From contig CAZYBE010000006.1 of NCBI GenBank assembly GCA_964645765.1, positions 18,175 to 82,174 on the forward strand: a stretch of 64,000 nt of DNA, given 5' to 3'. The stretch is from an uncultured Eubacteriales bacterium. Lineage in GTDB: Bacteria; Acidobacteriota; Aminicenantia; Aminicenantales; Aminicenantaceae. The notes under the pieces are model-generated. The model was not told the DNA's origin and did no database searches. It saw only the letters and a program-made list of their open reading frames with translations. This document shows positions 26,609 through 36,544 of this stretch, piece after piece. The position numbers and the translations under genes were made by a program. Positions within the stretch are counted from its first letter, which is position 1; each line of letters opens with the position of its first letter.

Positions 26609-27901
26609 ATGTCTTTTAACGAAATGAGCAGCGCAAAGAGGCTTACAATCGAGATCATGGCCGTAGGCTCAGAGCTCCTTACCCCCCACTATCAGGATAC
26701 AAATTCCCTCTACCTGACAGAACGCTTGAATGAGCTCGGGATGGAGGTTTCTTATAAAACGATTGTCAGCGATAACTGGGATGAGCTTCTCCTCTGTATC
26801 AACCAAGCTTTCGCAAGGGCAAATCTGATTATCGCTATCGGCGGCTTGGGGCCGACAAGAGATGACCGAACCCGAGAAGCCTTCGCTTCAGCTTTGACAC
26901 GGAAGCTTATTTTTAAAGAGGAGCTTCTGCGGAAAATCGAGGACAGGTTTAAGCGAAGAGGACTTTCGATGCCCGCAGTGAACAAGAAGCAGGCCTATAT
27001 CATCGACGGCGCAGAAGCTTTGGAGAACAGAAACGGCACAGCCCCTGGCCTCTGGCTCGACACAGGAAGGAATAAAATCGTCCTTCTGCCCGGGCCCCCT
27101 TCTGAGCTCAAGCCCATGTTTGATTCCTCGGTGTGGCCTCGCCTCCAAAAATTCAGGGCAGGCTATGCAGTCCGCAAGGTCTTGAAAATCACCGGCCTGA
27201 CAGAATCGGTGGTGGAAACTCTCATCTCAGATATCTATCCTAAAGATTCTGACCTGAATGTCACCACCCTCGCCTATCCAGGCCTGATAGAACTTCATGT
27301 CGCAGCTCATTCCAGAGTGAGTCAGCGCCAGGCAGAGGCAAAAGTAAAAAATCTAGCAAAAAAATTTCTGGCGAGACTCAAAGAAAATGTCTTTTCTGAG
27401 ACTGGCGAGGAGCTTGAAGAAGTTGTGGGAAAGCTCCTGAGAAACAAGAAAAAAACCCTGGCCGTGGCCGAGTCCTGCACTGGCGGCTTCCTCGGCCACC
27501 GCATCACCAATGTCCCAGGGAGCTCAGATTATTTTCTGATGAGCGTTGTGGCCTACAGCAATGAAGCGAAAATGAACATGCTCGGAGTTCCCTCGGACTT
27601 GCTCAAGAAACACGGCGCAGTCAGCTCTCAAGTTGCCAAAGCCATGGCTGAAGGTGTCAGAGAAAAAGCCCGGTCAAGGTTTAGCCTGGCTGTAACCGGA
27701 ATAGCAGGCCCGACGGGCGGAACTCCAGAAAAGCCGGTAGGACTGGTCTACATTGGTCTGGCTTGGGATAAGGGTTTAGAAGTATCAAAAAATCTTTTTT
27801 TAGGGAAAAGGGAGGCTATAAAATTCCAGTCCAGTCAAAAAGCCCTGAATATGCTGCGCTGCCATCTTCTCAGAAATCGCAAAAAAAGAAAAGGAGCCTG
27901 A
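26609..27901 (+). CDS. cinA: CinA family protein (MoCF-like N-domain plus C-terminal NMN amidohydrolase domain)
   Basis: IMAVGSELLT N-terminus, AESCTGG motif in the C-domain. 430 aa. Confidence 0.8.
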   Translation: MSFNEMSSAKRLTIEIMAVGSELLTPHYQDTNSLYLTERLNELGMEVSYKTIVSDNWDELLLCINQAFARANLIIAIGGLGPTRDDRTREAFASALTRKLIFKEELLRKIEDRFKRRGLSMPAVNKKQAYIIDGAEALENRNGTAPGLWLDTGRNKIVLLPGPPSELKPMFDSSVWPRLQKFRAGYAVRKVLKITGLTESVVETLISDIYPKDSDLNVTTLAYPGLIELHVAAHSRVSQRQAEAKVKNLAKKFLARLKENVFSETGEELEEVVGKLLRNKKKTLAVAESCTGGFLGHRITNVPGSSDYFLMSVVAYSNEAKMNMLGVPSDLLKKHGAVSSQVAKAMAEGVREKARSRFSLAVTGIAGPTGGTPEKPVGLVYIGLAWDKGLEVSKNLFLGKREAIKFQSSQKALNMLRCHLLRNRKKRKGA

Positions 27902-27902
27902 T

Positions 27903-28460
27903 TTGAGAACATTCATCGCCATTGACCTTGACCCTGAGATAAAGAAGACTCTCATTCAACTCATCAAAGAGCTGGATATAGGAAATAGGAGCATAAAGTG
28001 GGTCACTGAGCAGGGAATGCATCTCACTCTGAAATTCCTGGGTGAAATCGGCAGAGAGAAAATTGCGGGCATAGAAGATGTCCTAAGAAGAATCTCGGAA
28101 AAATACAATCCTTTCTTCCTGAAATTCAAAGGAACCGGCTATTTCCCTCCTGGCAAGAAAGCTCCGAGGGTCCTCTGGGTTGGCATCGAGGAGGAGGAGT
28201 CTCTCGAAACACTTCAACGCGAGCTTGAAGCAGAGCTTGAAAAACTGGGTTTTCCAAAAGAGGAACGAAGATTTCACCCCCATCTGACGCTGGGAAGAGT
28301 CAAAGACCCATCAGGTCTCGGACAAACGCTTTCTCTGCTTGAAAAATGCAAGGACCAAACTTTCGGGGAAATGAAAGTGGAGAAAATCACTTTCCTCGAG
28401 AGCACTCTCCGTCCGACTGGCGCTGAATATTCCATTCTTTCTGAATTCAGACTTCGATGA
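27903..28460 (+). CDS. thpR: RNA 2',3'-cyclic phosphodiesterase (2H phosphoesterase, LigT/ThpR)
   Basis: Two HxT/SxT motifs (HLTLKFLG, HLTLGRV). 185 aa. Confidence 0.75.
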   Translation: MRTFIAIDLDPEIKKTLIQLIKELDIGNRSIKWVTEQGMHLTLKFLGEIGREKIAGIEDVLRRISEKYNPFFLKFKGTGYFPPGKKAPRVLWVGIEEEESLETLQRELEAELEKLGFPKEERRFHPHLTLGRVKDPSGLGQTLSLLEKCKDQTFGEMKVEKITFLESTLRPTGAEYSILSEFRLR

Positions 28461-29044
28461 AAATACCTTTTGCCGTCTTATCTTATCTTTTCGGTTCAAT
28501 CCCATCCGGCTATATCATCTTTTATCTCAGCGAAAAAAAGGATATCAGAAACTTCGGCAGTCAGGCAACAGGAGCGACAAATGTCCTCCGCCTTAAAGGA
28601 TGGAAATTTGCTATCCCAATCCTTGCCATGGATTTTCTCAAGGGATTTCTTCCCGCCTTCTTGGCTTTGAAAATCTTCGAAGACAGAACATTTGCTCTTA
28701 TCTGCGCCTTCTTAGCTGTTTTAGGCCACTGTTTCCCGGTCTATATCAGATTTAAAGGAGGGAAAGGGATAGCAACGGCCTTCGGCGCCTACTCGATCCT
28801 GGCTTTTAAGCCTTTCCTCTTCACAGTGGCCATTTTTGCTGCTGCGACCGTAACCAGCCGCTATGTTTCCCTTGGCTCTCTTCTGGCTGCTTTGAGCTAT
28901 CCTCTCTTTATCCTTCTCTTTAACAAGGAAATCGAGATTGCCTGCATGGCTTTTGCCCTTTTCATTCTAATTGCCTTCATGCACCGGGATAACATAAAAA
29001 GGCTTGTCAAAGGCAAGGAAAGGAAATTAGGGGAAAAAATATGA
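28457..29044 (+). CDS. plsY: Glycerol-3-phosphate acyltransferase PlsY (canonical copy)
   Basis: GSQATGATNVLR, GGKGIAT and HRDNIKRL motifs. Immediately upstream of gpsA. Confidence 0.85.
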   Translation: MKIPFAVLSYLFGSIPSGYIIFYLSEKKDIRNFGSQATGATNVLRLKGWKFAIPILAMDFLKGFLPAFLALKIFEDRTFALICAFLAVLGHCFPVYIRFKGGKGIATAFGAYSILAFKPFLFTVAIFAAATVTSRYVSLGSLLAALSYPLFILLFNKEIEIACMAFALFILIAFMHRDNIKRLVKGKERKLGEKI

Positions 29045-30066
29045 TGAAAGCCGCTGTCATCGGTGGTGGAACCTGGGGAAGCGCCTTTGCCCTTCACCTT
29101 GGCCGGCTGAAGATCAAAGCTCAGCTCTGGATAAGAGAGCAAGATGTCTATGAAGGAGCGCTGCGCTATAAAGAAAACATGACTTTTCTGCCCGGACATA
29201 TCTTTCCTCCTGACGTCTCTTTTTTTAATGACCTGAAAGATGCAGTCGCCTCATCCCAGATTGTTTTTATTGCTGTTCCCTCCAAATTCTGCCGCCGGGT
29301 TTATGAGCAGCTCGCTCCCCATCTTTCCTCGGACCAGATCATCGTTAGCCTGACAAAAGGGATTGAAGAGGGGTCTCTAAAAAGGATGAGCGAGGTGATG
29401 AGAGAGGTCTTCACACCTTTCTTCAAGCCGCGGATAGCCGTCCTCTCTGGGCCAAGCTTTGCCAAGGAAGTTGCGGAATGCCATCCCACTGTGGTCGTTC
29501 TGGCTTCAAAAAACCAGAAGCTGGCTAAAAAAGTTCAGCAGCTTATCTCCTGCCTCACCTTCCGCACCTACACTTCAGATGATATAATCGGAGTCGAGCT
29601 TGCAGGAGCTGTGAAGAATGTTATTGCCATTGCTGCTGGAATATCAGATTCTCTTGAGTTCGGCAGCAATTCGATTGCAGCTTTGGTGACAAGGGGGATA
29701 GCGGAAATGACAAGATTGGGAGTCAAGTTAGGGGCGAGGATGGAGACCTTCGCCGGTCTGGCTGGCATCGGAGACCTTGTCCTCACCTGCACCGGAAAAT
29801 TGAGCCGGAACCATCATGTCGGCTACGAGCTGGGAATAGGAAAATCTCTAAACGAGATAGTCTCGGCGATGAAAATGATAGCCGAGGGAATCACCACGAC
29901 TCTCTCTGTGCACCAGCTGGCAAGAAGAGAGAAGGTGGAAATGCCTATCTGCGAACAGGTTTATCAGGTGCTCCACAAGAATAAGCCGCCAAAGGCAGCC
30001 CTTCAAGACCTTATGGCCAGAAAACTTAAAAGCGAGTTTAGGCAAAAAAAGGAGAAGAAAAAATGA
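29041..30066 (+). CDS. gpsA: NAD(P)H-dependent glycerol-3-phosphate dehydrogenase
   Basis: AVIGGGTWGSAFA Rossmann motif, then full-length GpsA similarity. Confidence 0.9.
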   Translation: MMKAAVIGGGTWGSAFALHLGRLKIKAQLWIREQDVYEGALRYKENMTFLPGHIFPPDVSFFNDLKDAVASSQIVFIAVPSKFCRRVYEQLAPHLSSDQIIVSLTKGIEEGSLKRMSEVMREVFTPFFKPRIAVLSGPSFAKEVAECHPTVVVLASKNQKLAKKVQQLISCLTFRTYTSDDIIGVELAGAVKNVIAIAAGISDSLEFGSNSIAALVTRGIAEMTRLGVKLGARMETFAGLAGIGDLVLTCTGKLSRNHHVGYELGIGKSLNEIVSAMKMIAEGITTTLSVHQLARREKVEMPICEQVYQVLHKNKPPKAALQDLMARKLKSEFRQKKEKKK

Positions 30067-30827
30067 AGCCAAAATTCATTTTCATTTTATTTATCTCTTT
30101 GAATATGATTCTTTGTGCATCGCCACAGAAAAAAATCGAGAAGGCGAGGACGAAAGACCCTCAATACCAGTACAACATGGGCCTATTCTATCTCAACAGC
30201 GGAAATGTCGATGAAGCGATTAAATACCTTAACACCGCCCTTTCTCTCAATCCCCGCTATGATGTTGCTCTGTACTCTCTTGGTCTGGCCTACTCGATGA
30301 AAGGAAACGTTGAGGAAGCCATAAAAAAATATCAGGCCTGCCTGAAGATCAATCCAAATTTAGCCGATGCCCACAACCTTCTCGGAACAGCCTACGAGGA
30401 GAGGGGTCTTCTTGATAAAGCTGAGCAGGAGTTCAGGATAGCGATCGCAGATACAAACTATAGATCGAAGGAGCTCTCCTACTATAATCTGGCAAAATTA
30501 TACATAGCAAAAAATAAGCCTGACGAAGCCTTGTTGTATGCTGATAAATCCATCGAAATAAAAAATAACTTTCCCATGGGTTATAACCTGAAGGGAATGA
30601 TATTAGAAAAATTGTCGAGATACAAAGAGGCGATTGAGAGCTACGAGAAAGCTCTTGTTTATCTTGCCAAAGATAAAGATGTCGATATTAGCTACAACCT
30701 CGCGGTTGCTTATTTCAAAAACGATGAGCTCAGCAAAGCCAAAGCGATTTTCATGAGTATTTACCCCCGCGTCACGGACATTGAGATGAAGAAGAAAATT
30801 GACGAATATTTGAAGATGATTAAATAA
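30063..30827 (+). CDS. Tetratricopeptide-repeat lipoprotein
   Basis: Signal/lipobox ILCAS followed by about six TPR units. Confidence 0.55.
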   Translation: MKPKFIFILFISLNMILCASPQKKIEKARTKDPQYQYNMGLFYLNSGNVDEAIKYLNTALSLNPRYDVALYSLGLAYSMKGNVEEAIKKYQACLKINPNLADAHNLLGTAYEERGLLDKAEQEFRIAIADTNYRSKELSYYNLAKLYIAKNKPDEALLYADKSIEIKNNFPMGYNLKGMILEKLSRYKEAIESYEKALVYLAKDKDVDISYNLAVAYFKNDELSKAKAIFMSIYPRVTDIEMKKKIDEYLKMIK

Positions 30828-30831
30828 TCTT

Positions 30832-32088
30832 TTATGTTCCTTCCTGCCAACTCGAAAGATACTTTCTCTGCTCTGACGTTAGGCGGTTTATTCTTACCCC
30901 AAGGCTTCTCAACTTCATGCGGGCAACTTCTCTATCTATTTTAGCCGGAACAGGGTAGACCTTCTTCTGCAGAGTTAGCCCTTTTTTATATAGGTATAAA
31001 ACACAGAGCGCCTGATTCGAAAAGCTCATGTCCATCACTGTGGCCGGATGCCCTTCAGCCGCGGCAAGGTTGACGAGCCGTCCCTCAGCTAGAAGACAGA
31101 TCTTTCTTCCATTCTCTAAAGTGTATTCTTCGACAAAATCCCTTATAAGCCTCTTACTCTTGGCAATCTGCCCCAAAGCCTGGATGTCAACCTCGACATT
31201 GAAGTGGCCGGAGTTGGCCACGATGGCGCCGTCTTTCATCCTCAAGAAATGATTGAGGGTGATAACACCTTTATTCCCGGTGGTTGTGACAAAGACATCG
31301 CCAATCTTTGCCGCTTCCGCGAAAGGCATCACTTGAAAGCCGTCCATAAAAGCTTCCAGGGCCCGCAGAGGGTTGACCTCGCAGATAATGACTTTGGCTC
31401 CAGCGCCGGAGGCTCTCATGGCAATTCCCCGGCCGCACCAGCCGTAGCCAGCGATAACAAAATTTAATCCGGCCAGAAGAATATTCGTCGCCCGAAGAAT
31501 CCCGTCGATCGTGCTCTGTCCCGTTCCATAGCGGTTGTCAAAAAGATGCTTGGTGTCGGCGTCATTGACGGCGATAATCGGGTAATGGAGGACTTTATTC
31601 TTGGCCATGCTCCTGAGTCGAACGACACCTGTCGTTGTCTCTTCGGTGCCGCCGATGACATTGACCAGAAGGTCTTTCTTTTGCGAGTGCAGGGTCGAGA
31701 CAAGGTCAGCTCCATCGTCCATTGTGATTTGGGGTTTATGGTCGAGGGCTTGATTGATATGCCGGTAATAGGTGTTGTTATCCTCTCCCTTTATGGCAAA
31801 AACAGGAATGTCATGATACTTCACCAGGGCAGCCGCGACCTCATCCTGGGTGCTCAAGGGGTTGGAGGCAGTCAAAGCTATCTCCGCTCCTCCCTGCCTC
31901 AAGACTCTCATCAGGTTTCCCGTTTCGCTGGTCACGTGCAGACAGGCAGAGAGCCTTGCTCCCATGAGAGGCTTTTCCTTGGCAAACCTCTCCTTTATCG
32001 AATTAAGGACAGGCATGTATTTTGCGGCCCATTCCATTTTGAGTTTTCCCTTCTCGGCCAGCGATAGATTTTTTACGTCATATTCCAT
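30832..32088 (-). CDS. ahcY: Adenosylhomocysteinase
   Basis: 418 aa with SAH hydrolase N-terminus ([21 protein letters not shown]) and NAD domain GYGWCGRG. Confidence 0.9.
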   Translation of the reverse strand: MEYDVKNLSLAEKGKLKMEWAAKYMPVLNSIKERFAKEKPLMGARLSACLHVTSETGNLMRVLRQGGAEIALTASNPLSTQDEVAAALVKYHDIPVFAIKGEDNNTYYRHINQALDHKPQITMDDGADLVSTLHSQKKDLLVNVIGGTEETTTGVVRLRSMAKNKVLHYPIIAVNDADTKHLFDNRYGTGQSTIDGILRATNILLAGLNFVIAGYGWCGRGIAMRASGAGAKVIICEVNPLRALEAFMDGFQVMPFAEAAKIGDVFVTTTGNKGVITLNHFLRMKDGAIVANSGHFNVEVDIQALGQIAKSKRLIRDFVEEYTLENGRKICLLAEGRLVNLAAAEGHPATVMDMSFSNQALCVLYLYKKGLTLQKKVYPVPAKIDREVARMKLRSLGVRINRLTSEQRKYLSSWQEGT

Positions 32089-32118
32089 GCCTTTCTCCTC
32101 TTCTATTTTTCGCCGCTC

Positions 32119-33285
32119 TTATAACCCTGCCTCTCTCCTCAACGCTTCGACTTTATCGAGCTTTTCCCAGGTGAACTCTTCTTCATTGCGGCCAAAATGT
32201 CCGTAGCAGGCTGTCTTTCTATAGATCGGGCGAAGCAAATTCAAGTTCTTAATCATTCCTTTTGGAGTAAGGTCGAAATGGGCAAGCATCAATTCTTTCA
32301 TTTTATCCTTCGAGACCTTTGAAGTTCCGAAAGAGTTGACCATGATTGAGACTGGATGGGCGACCCCAATGGCATAAGCAATCTGGACTTCCAATTTATC
32401 AGCAAAGCCGGCGGCAACCATGTTCTTAGCTATGTAGCGGGACATATAAGAGGCCGAGCGGTCGACTTTGGAAGGGTCTTTTCCTGAAAAACAGCCGCCT
32501 CCATGGTGGCCGATTCCACCATAAGTATCGACAATAATCTTGCGTCCAGTCACTCCTGTATCGGCCAAAGGGCCTCCTTGCTCAAAACGGCCTGTTTCAT
32601 TGATATAAATTTTTGTATTCTTATCAAGCAATTGAGGAGGGATGACCTCCCTTATGACCAGGCGCTTGATGTCTTCTCTTAAATCATTCATCTTGATACT
32701 CTGGTCATGCTGGGCAGCGATGACAATGGACTCAGCCCTTATGGGCCTGTCCCCTTCATATTCGAGCGTAACCTGCGACTTTCCATCAGGCCTCAAATAG
32801 TTCAAAATTTTTTCTCTGCGAACCCGGTTTAGCCTTCTCACCAATTTATGAGCAAGCATGATTGGCATCGGCATGAGCTCTTCTGTCTCTCGGCAAGCAT
32901 AGCCGAACATCACGCCCTGGTCTCCTGCTCCCTGTTCACGGTCCGCTGTCTCATCGACACCCAGGGCTATATCAGGAGACTGTTCATGGATGGAAGAGAT
33001 CACACAGCATGTCTGATAGTCAAAACCATAATCAGCTCTTATGTATCCGATATCCCTGACCGTTTCTCTGACGACTTTCTGAAATTCACAATAGCCTTGA
33101 CTTGTTATCTCTCCAGCAATAAAAACAAGGCCTGTGGTTGCCAAAGTCTCACAAGCCACGCGGCTTCTTGGGTCCTGGCGGATGAGATCATCCAGGATGG
33201 CGTCCGAAATCTGGTCGCAAATCTTATCCGGATGGCCTTCTGATACTGATTCGGATGTGAATAAATATCTTTCTGCTTTGCTCAC
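32119..33285 (-). CDS. metK: S-adenosylmethionine synthetase. GTG start at 33285 preceded by GAGGAGG; the longer ATG ORF to 33360 is unlikely.
   Basis: [26 protein letters not shown] and [17 protein letters not shown](S)Y motifs. Confidence 0.9.
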   Translation of the reverse strand: MSKAERYLFTSESVSEGHPDKICDQISDAILDDLIRQDPRSRVACETLATTGLVFIAGEITSQGYCEFQKVVRETVRDIGYIRADYGFDYQTCCVISSIHEQSPDIALGVDETADREQGAGDQGVMFGYACRETEELMPMPIMLAHKLVRRLNRVRREKILNYLRPDGKSQVTLEYEGDRPIRAESIVIAAQHDQSIKMNDLREDIKRLVIREVIPPQLLDKNTKIYINETGRFEQGGPLADTGVTGRKIIVDTYGGIGHHGGGCFSGKDPSKVDRSASYMSRYIAKNMVAAGFADKLEVQIAYAIGVAHPVSIMVNSFGTSKVSKDKMKELMLAHFDLTPKGMIKNLNLLRPIYRKTACYGHFGRNEEEFTWEKLDKVEALRREAGL

Positions 33286-33439
33286 CTCTAACCTCCTCAA
33301 ACCTATAGGACCTTCAAGATGAATAGCAGAAAAATTAGCACAAATGCCGTCGGTTTTCAATTAATTTCTTATTCCATAAACATATTTTTTGATAATAATG
33401 AATTATCTAGGCTTTTTTGAAAAATACCTGGACAATAAA

Positions 33440-33700
33440 GTTTCTTATTTATCCCGGGCGAAGGCTAAGTGGTTCGAAAACCGTTTGAATGGCTCCGGCT
33501 AAGTAGCTCGAAAACACGCAGGCTTTGCCCCAGCGAGGCAAAGCCTGCTCGGTTTCAGGCTTCGCTCTCCTCGACCGGAGGTCGAGGAACCATGCCCGCT
33601 CAGCCTTCAAACGGTTTTCGAGCTACTTAGCCTCTGCCAGATGGATCAAAAGCCTGCGTGTTTTCGAACCACTTAGCCTGAGCCCCAATTTGAATTTACA
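33440..33700. repeat. Composite palindromic intergenic repeat element. A 19-bp unit (ggctaagtRgYtcgaaaac) occurs twice direct and twice inverted, with internal hairpins and the ggctgagcgggcatggtt box.
   Basis: Read directly: ggctaagtggttcgaaaac (33463) and ggctaagtagctcgaaaac (33497), with reverse complements at about 33613 and 33661. Hairpin cctcgacc-gga-ggtcgagg. Confidence 0.5.
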
Positions 33701-33740
33701 TTCATTTTTGTGTTATTTTTAAAACCGGCCCGAATAAGCA

Positions 33741-35081
33741 ATGAGTAGAAGCTTTGAATCAATAAAAAAGACTTCAATCCTCACCCTGTCCTTTTTTCTC
33801 CTCGGTATGAATTTCCATGCTTCATCTCAAGAAAAGAAGCTTTCTTTTCCTATCACCCAATTCGAATTAAAAAACGGGCTCCAGGTTATTCTTGTCGAAG
33901 ATTATTCCTTGCCTCTTGTCTCAATTGTCGTTGGCTATGATGTCGGTTCAATCAATGAGCCGCCAGGAAAGACCGGTCTGGCCTATCTGCTCCAGAATAT
34001 GATGTTCCAGGGCTCGGAGAATGTCGGCCGGATGCAGCACGTCAGGCTTATCGACAAGGTCGGAGGAATATTGAATGCAACCACAACTGAAGACAAGACA
34101 ATTTTCTACCAGACTGTGCCATCCAACCAACTGGCAAGAGTTCTTTGGCTTGAAGCGGACAGGATGAATTCTCTTGATATCAATCCTCTTAATATTGAAC
34201 AAGTCAGGGAGGCTCTCATTGAAGAGAACCGGCACCAGAGAGAAGCCAATTCTTATTTTGAGAGCCTCTTAGCCTTCGATAAACTTCTTTACCCTGACCC
34301 CGCCTTCAGCCACCCGATTATCGGCTACGAAGCCGATATAAGGAACCTCACAGTTGAGGACATTAAAAATTTCCACCAGACTTTTTACACGACCAATAAT
34401 GCCGTGCTGGCTATAGCCGGAAATATTGATAAACGCAAAACAGAAATAGAAATCCGAAAATATTTTGAAACCATTCCAAGAGGAAAAGACATCTCTCCTC
34501 CAGAGTCAAAACCCTTAGAAAAAAAAGCAGTCATCAAGACATTCGAAGATTCAATGGTTTCATCACCAGGCTTTTATCTCGGCTACGCAATTGCATCTCC
34601 CTTGAGCGATGACTTTTACCCTCTGACAATTCTCGAATATATTCTTCTCCGGGGCAAAACATCTCGCCTTTATAAAAGACTGATAGAAAGAGAACGAATT
34701 GCCTTCAGCCTCAGCGGGGGTATAGAAAAAAGAAAGAACTTGGCTCGCTTCAAAATATTTGTCATTAACAACAATTGGATGATGGCCGAGGTATGTCAAA
34801 AAGCCTTATTCTCAGAATTCAATAAAATCAGAATTGACCCGATTTCTGAAGAGGAACTGCTAAAATCCAAGAATCTCTTCAAGATGGATTACCTCCGTCA
34901 ATTCGAGACTTCCTTGAGCAAAGCTTTATCCGTCGCCGAGACTTTTCTCGAAAAGAAGAGAGTCGATGACCCGTCGGATGAGTTGGAAAAATATTTGTCT
35001 GTGAGTCCTTATATCATCATGAGAGCTGCCAAAAGATATTTTACCGAAGACAGCATCATACTCAATGTCAAAATAAAATAA
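33741..35081 (+). CDS. Secreted M16 (pitrilysin) family peptidase-like protein lacking the HxxEH zinc motif
   Basis: Signal peptide. M16 N-domain with GLAYLLQNMMFQGSE in place of GxAHFLEHMxFKG. Confidence 0.65.
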   Translation: MSRSFESIKKTSILTLSFFLLGMNFHASSQEKKLSFPITQFELKNGLQVILVEDYSLPLVSIVVGYDVGSINEPPGKTGLAYLLQNMMFQGSENVGRMQHVRLIDKVGGILNATTTEDKTIFYQTVPSNQLARVLWLEADRMNSLDINPLNIEQVREALIEENRHQREANSYFESLLAFDKLLYPDPAFSHPIIGYEADIRNLTVEDIKNFHQTFYTTNNAVLAIAGNIDKRKTEIEIRKYFETIPRGKDISPPESKPLEKKAVIKTFEDSMVSSPGFYLGYAIASPLSDDFYPLTILEYILLRGKTSRLYKRLIERERIAFSLSGGIEKRKNLARFKIFVINNNWMMAEVCQKALFSEFNKIRIDPISEEELLKSKNLFKMDYLRQFETSLSKALSVAETFLEKKRVDDPSDELEKYLSVSPYIIMRAAKRYFTEDSIILNVKIK

Positions 35082-36544
35082 TGAAAAGAAAAAACTGGCC
35101 AACGTTACTCCTTTTTCTCTTATTGAGTTTTTTTGCCTGGAATTCCCTGCTCCTTTCTCAAGAAAGATTCAGGAAAACACCTCCCTATCCTGAGCCCCTC
35201 GTAGAGCTGAAGCTTCCAGAAGTGGACTCCGCCTCCCTCTCCAACGGCTTGGTCCTGTCCGTTATCCATAGGGAGAATATCCCAATCATCAATCTCAGGA
35301 TGATCATCTTTGCCGGAGAGAGCTCTTCTCCAGAAAAGCTTCCTGGCGTAGCCACTCTCACAGCCAGGATGCTCAGCCTTGGAGCGTCAGAACTTTCTTC
35401 TTATGAGATTGAGGAAAAAATTGAGTCCATGGGCGGAAATTTCTCGGCTTCTGTTTATGATGATTATTCCGTCTTTGATTTTACTTTTTTAGAAGAATAT
35501 CTGGACGATGCGATTGAACTCCTGAGCCGGATGCTCCTCTACCCGGCATTCAAGAAGATAGAAATCGAGAATTTAAAAAGGTCTATGAAGTATGAGCTCC
35601 TGAGCAAGAAGAACGACCCTGAATTTCTTGCCAGGCGCCAAATCCACGGCTTGCTGTTCAAGGACCATCTCTATAAAAAAAGCATTTATAACGAGGATGT
35701 CATAATAAACGTAAGCCAAAGGGACATTATTGCTTTTTATGAAAAGCACTACAGGCCAAATAATTCTCATATTATTTTAGCTGGAAACCTCAACCTGCCT
35801 GCTGCCTCACGAGTGGTCAGCCGCCATCTCAGCATCTGGCTAAAAAGGGAGGTGAACCATCCTTTTTTGCAGCCTCCTAATCCCAGTGACAGGAAAAGAA
35901 TATGCGTTGTCAACCTCCCTCGCGCCAAAGATGTCACAATCTATATAGGAAATGCTCTCTCCATGCTTGGGGCAAGCGGAGATATTTTTCCATTCATAAT
36001 CCTGAATCAAGTCTTGGGTGGAACCACGACCAACCGCCTTATCATGAATCTCAGGGAGTCTAAAGGATACGCCTACTGGGCCTTCAGCGAGATCGAATTC
36101 TTTCGAAACTTCATTGTTTTCCTCATCAAAATAAAGGTCAGGCCTGAAGCGACCTACAAATCCATAGAAGAAGTTCTCAACGAGCTTAAAATTATCACTG
36201 ATGGGGAAATTCCCAGCTTCGATATTGAACAGGCCAAATCCTGCTTGATCGGAAATTTTCCGCTGCAAATAGAGGCCTTTCATAGTGTTTCGACCAAGGT
36301 CTCTGAGTCCAGAATTTTCAATCTGGAGGAGGAGCTCTGGAGCAAATATTATGAAAACATCATGCTCGTCAACTCCCAGAAAGTTTTTGAAACAGCAAGG
36401 AGATATGCGCTTTTGACTCCGGTTGTGGTCATAGTCGGAGACCAAAAAAATATTATTGACTATATTACTTCATTTGAAGAGATAGAATTCTATGATAGCC
36501 GAGGAATTCTGCAGCAAACCAACAAAAAAGGAGAAATCAAGTGA
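35081..36544 (+). CDS. Secreted M16 family peptidase-like protein (second subunit), also lacking HxxEH
   Basis: Signal peptide. M16 fold with GVATLTARMLSLGAS at the motif position. Overlaps the upstream M16 gene by 1 bp. Confidence 0.65.
   Translation: MKRKNWPTLLLFLLLSFFAWNSLLLSQERFRKTPPYPEPLVELKLPEVDSASLSNGLVLSVIHRENIPIINLRMIIFAGESSSPEKLPGVATLTARMLSLGASELSSYEIEEKIESMGGNFSASVYDDYSVFDFTFLEEYLDDAIELLSRMLLYPAFKKIEIENLKRSMKYELLSKKNDPEFLARRQIHGLLFKDHLYKKSIYNEDVIINVSQRDIIAFYEKHYRPNNSHIILAGNLNLPAASRVVSRHLSIWLKREVNHPFLQPPNPSDRKRICVVNLPRAKDVTIYIGNALSMLGASGDIFPFIILNQVLGGTTTNRLIMNLRESKGYAYWAFSEIEFFRNFIVFLIKIKVRPEATYKSIEEVLNELKIITDGEIPSFDIEQAKSCLIGNFPLQIEAFHSVSTKVSESRIFNLEEELWSKYYENIMLVNSQKVFETARRYALLTPVVVIVGDQKNIIDYITSFEEIEFYDSRGILQQTNKKGEIK

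Noticed and set aside
33463-33482. tRNA T-arm-like sequence GGTTCGAAAACC within the repeat unit
   Set aside because: No acceptor stem, anticodon arm or CCA context. The match is limited to a T-loop-like 11-mer, and the unit recurs as part of a palindromic repeat.
33440-33700. CRISPR array
   Set aside because: The repeats are inverted and direct with irregular spacing. There are no unique spacers of uniform length and no cas genes.
33525-33722. 65-aa + strand ORF inside the 33.5-kb palindromic element
   Set aside because: It lies entirely within repeats and hairpins, has no RBS, and its composition reflects the repeat.
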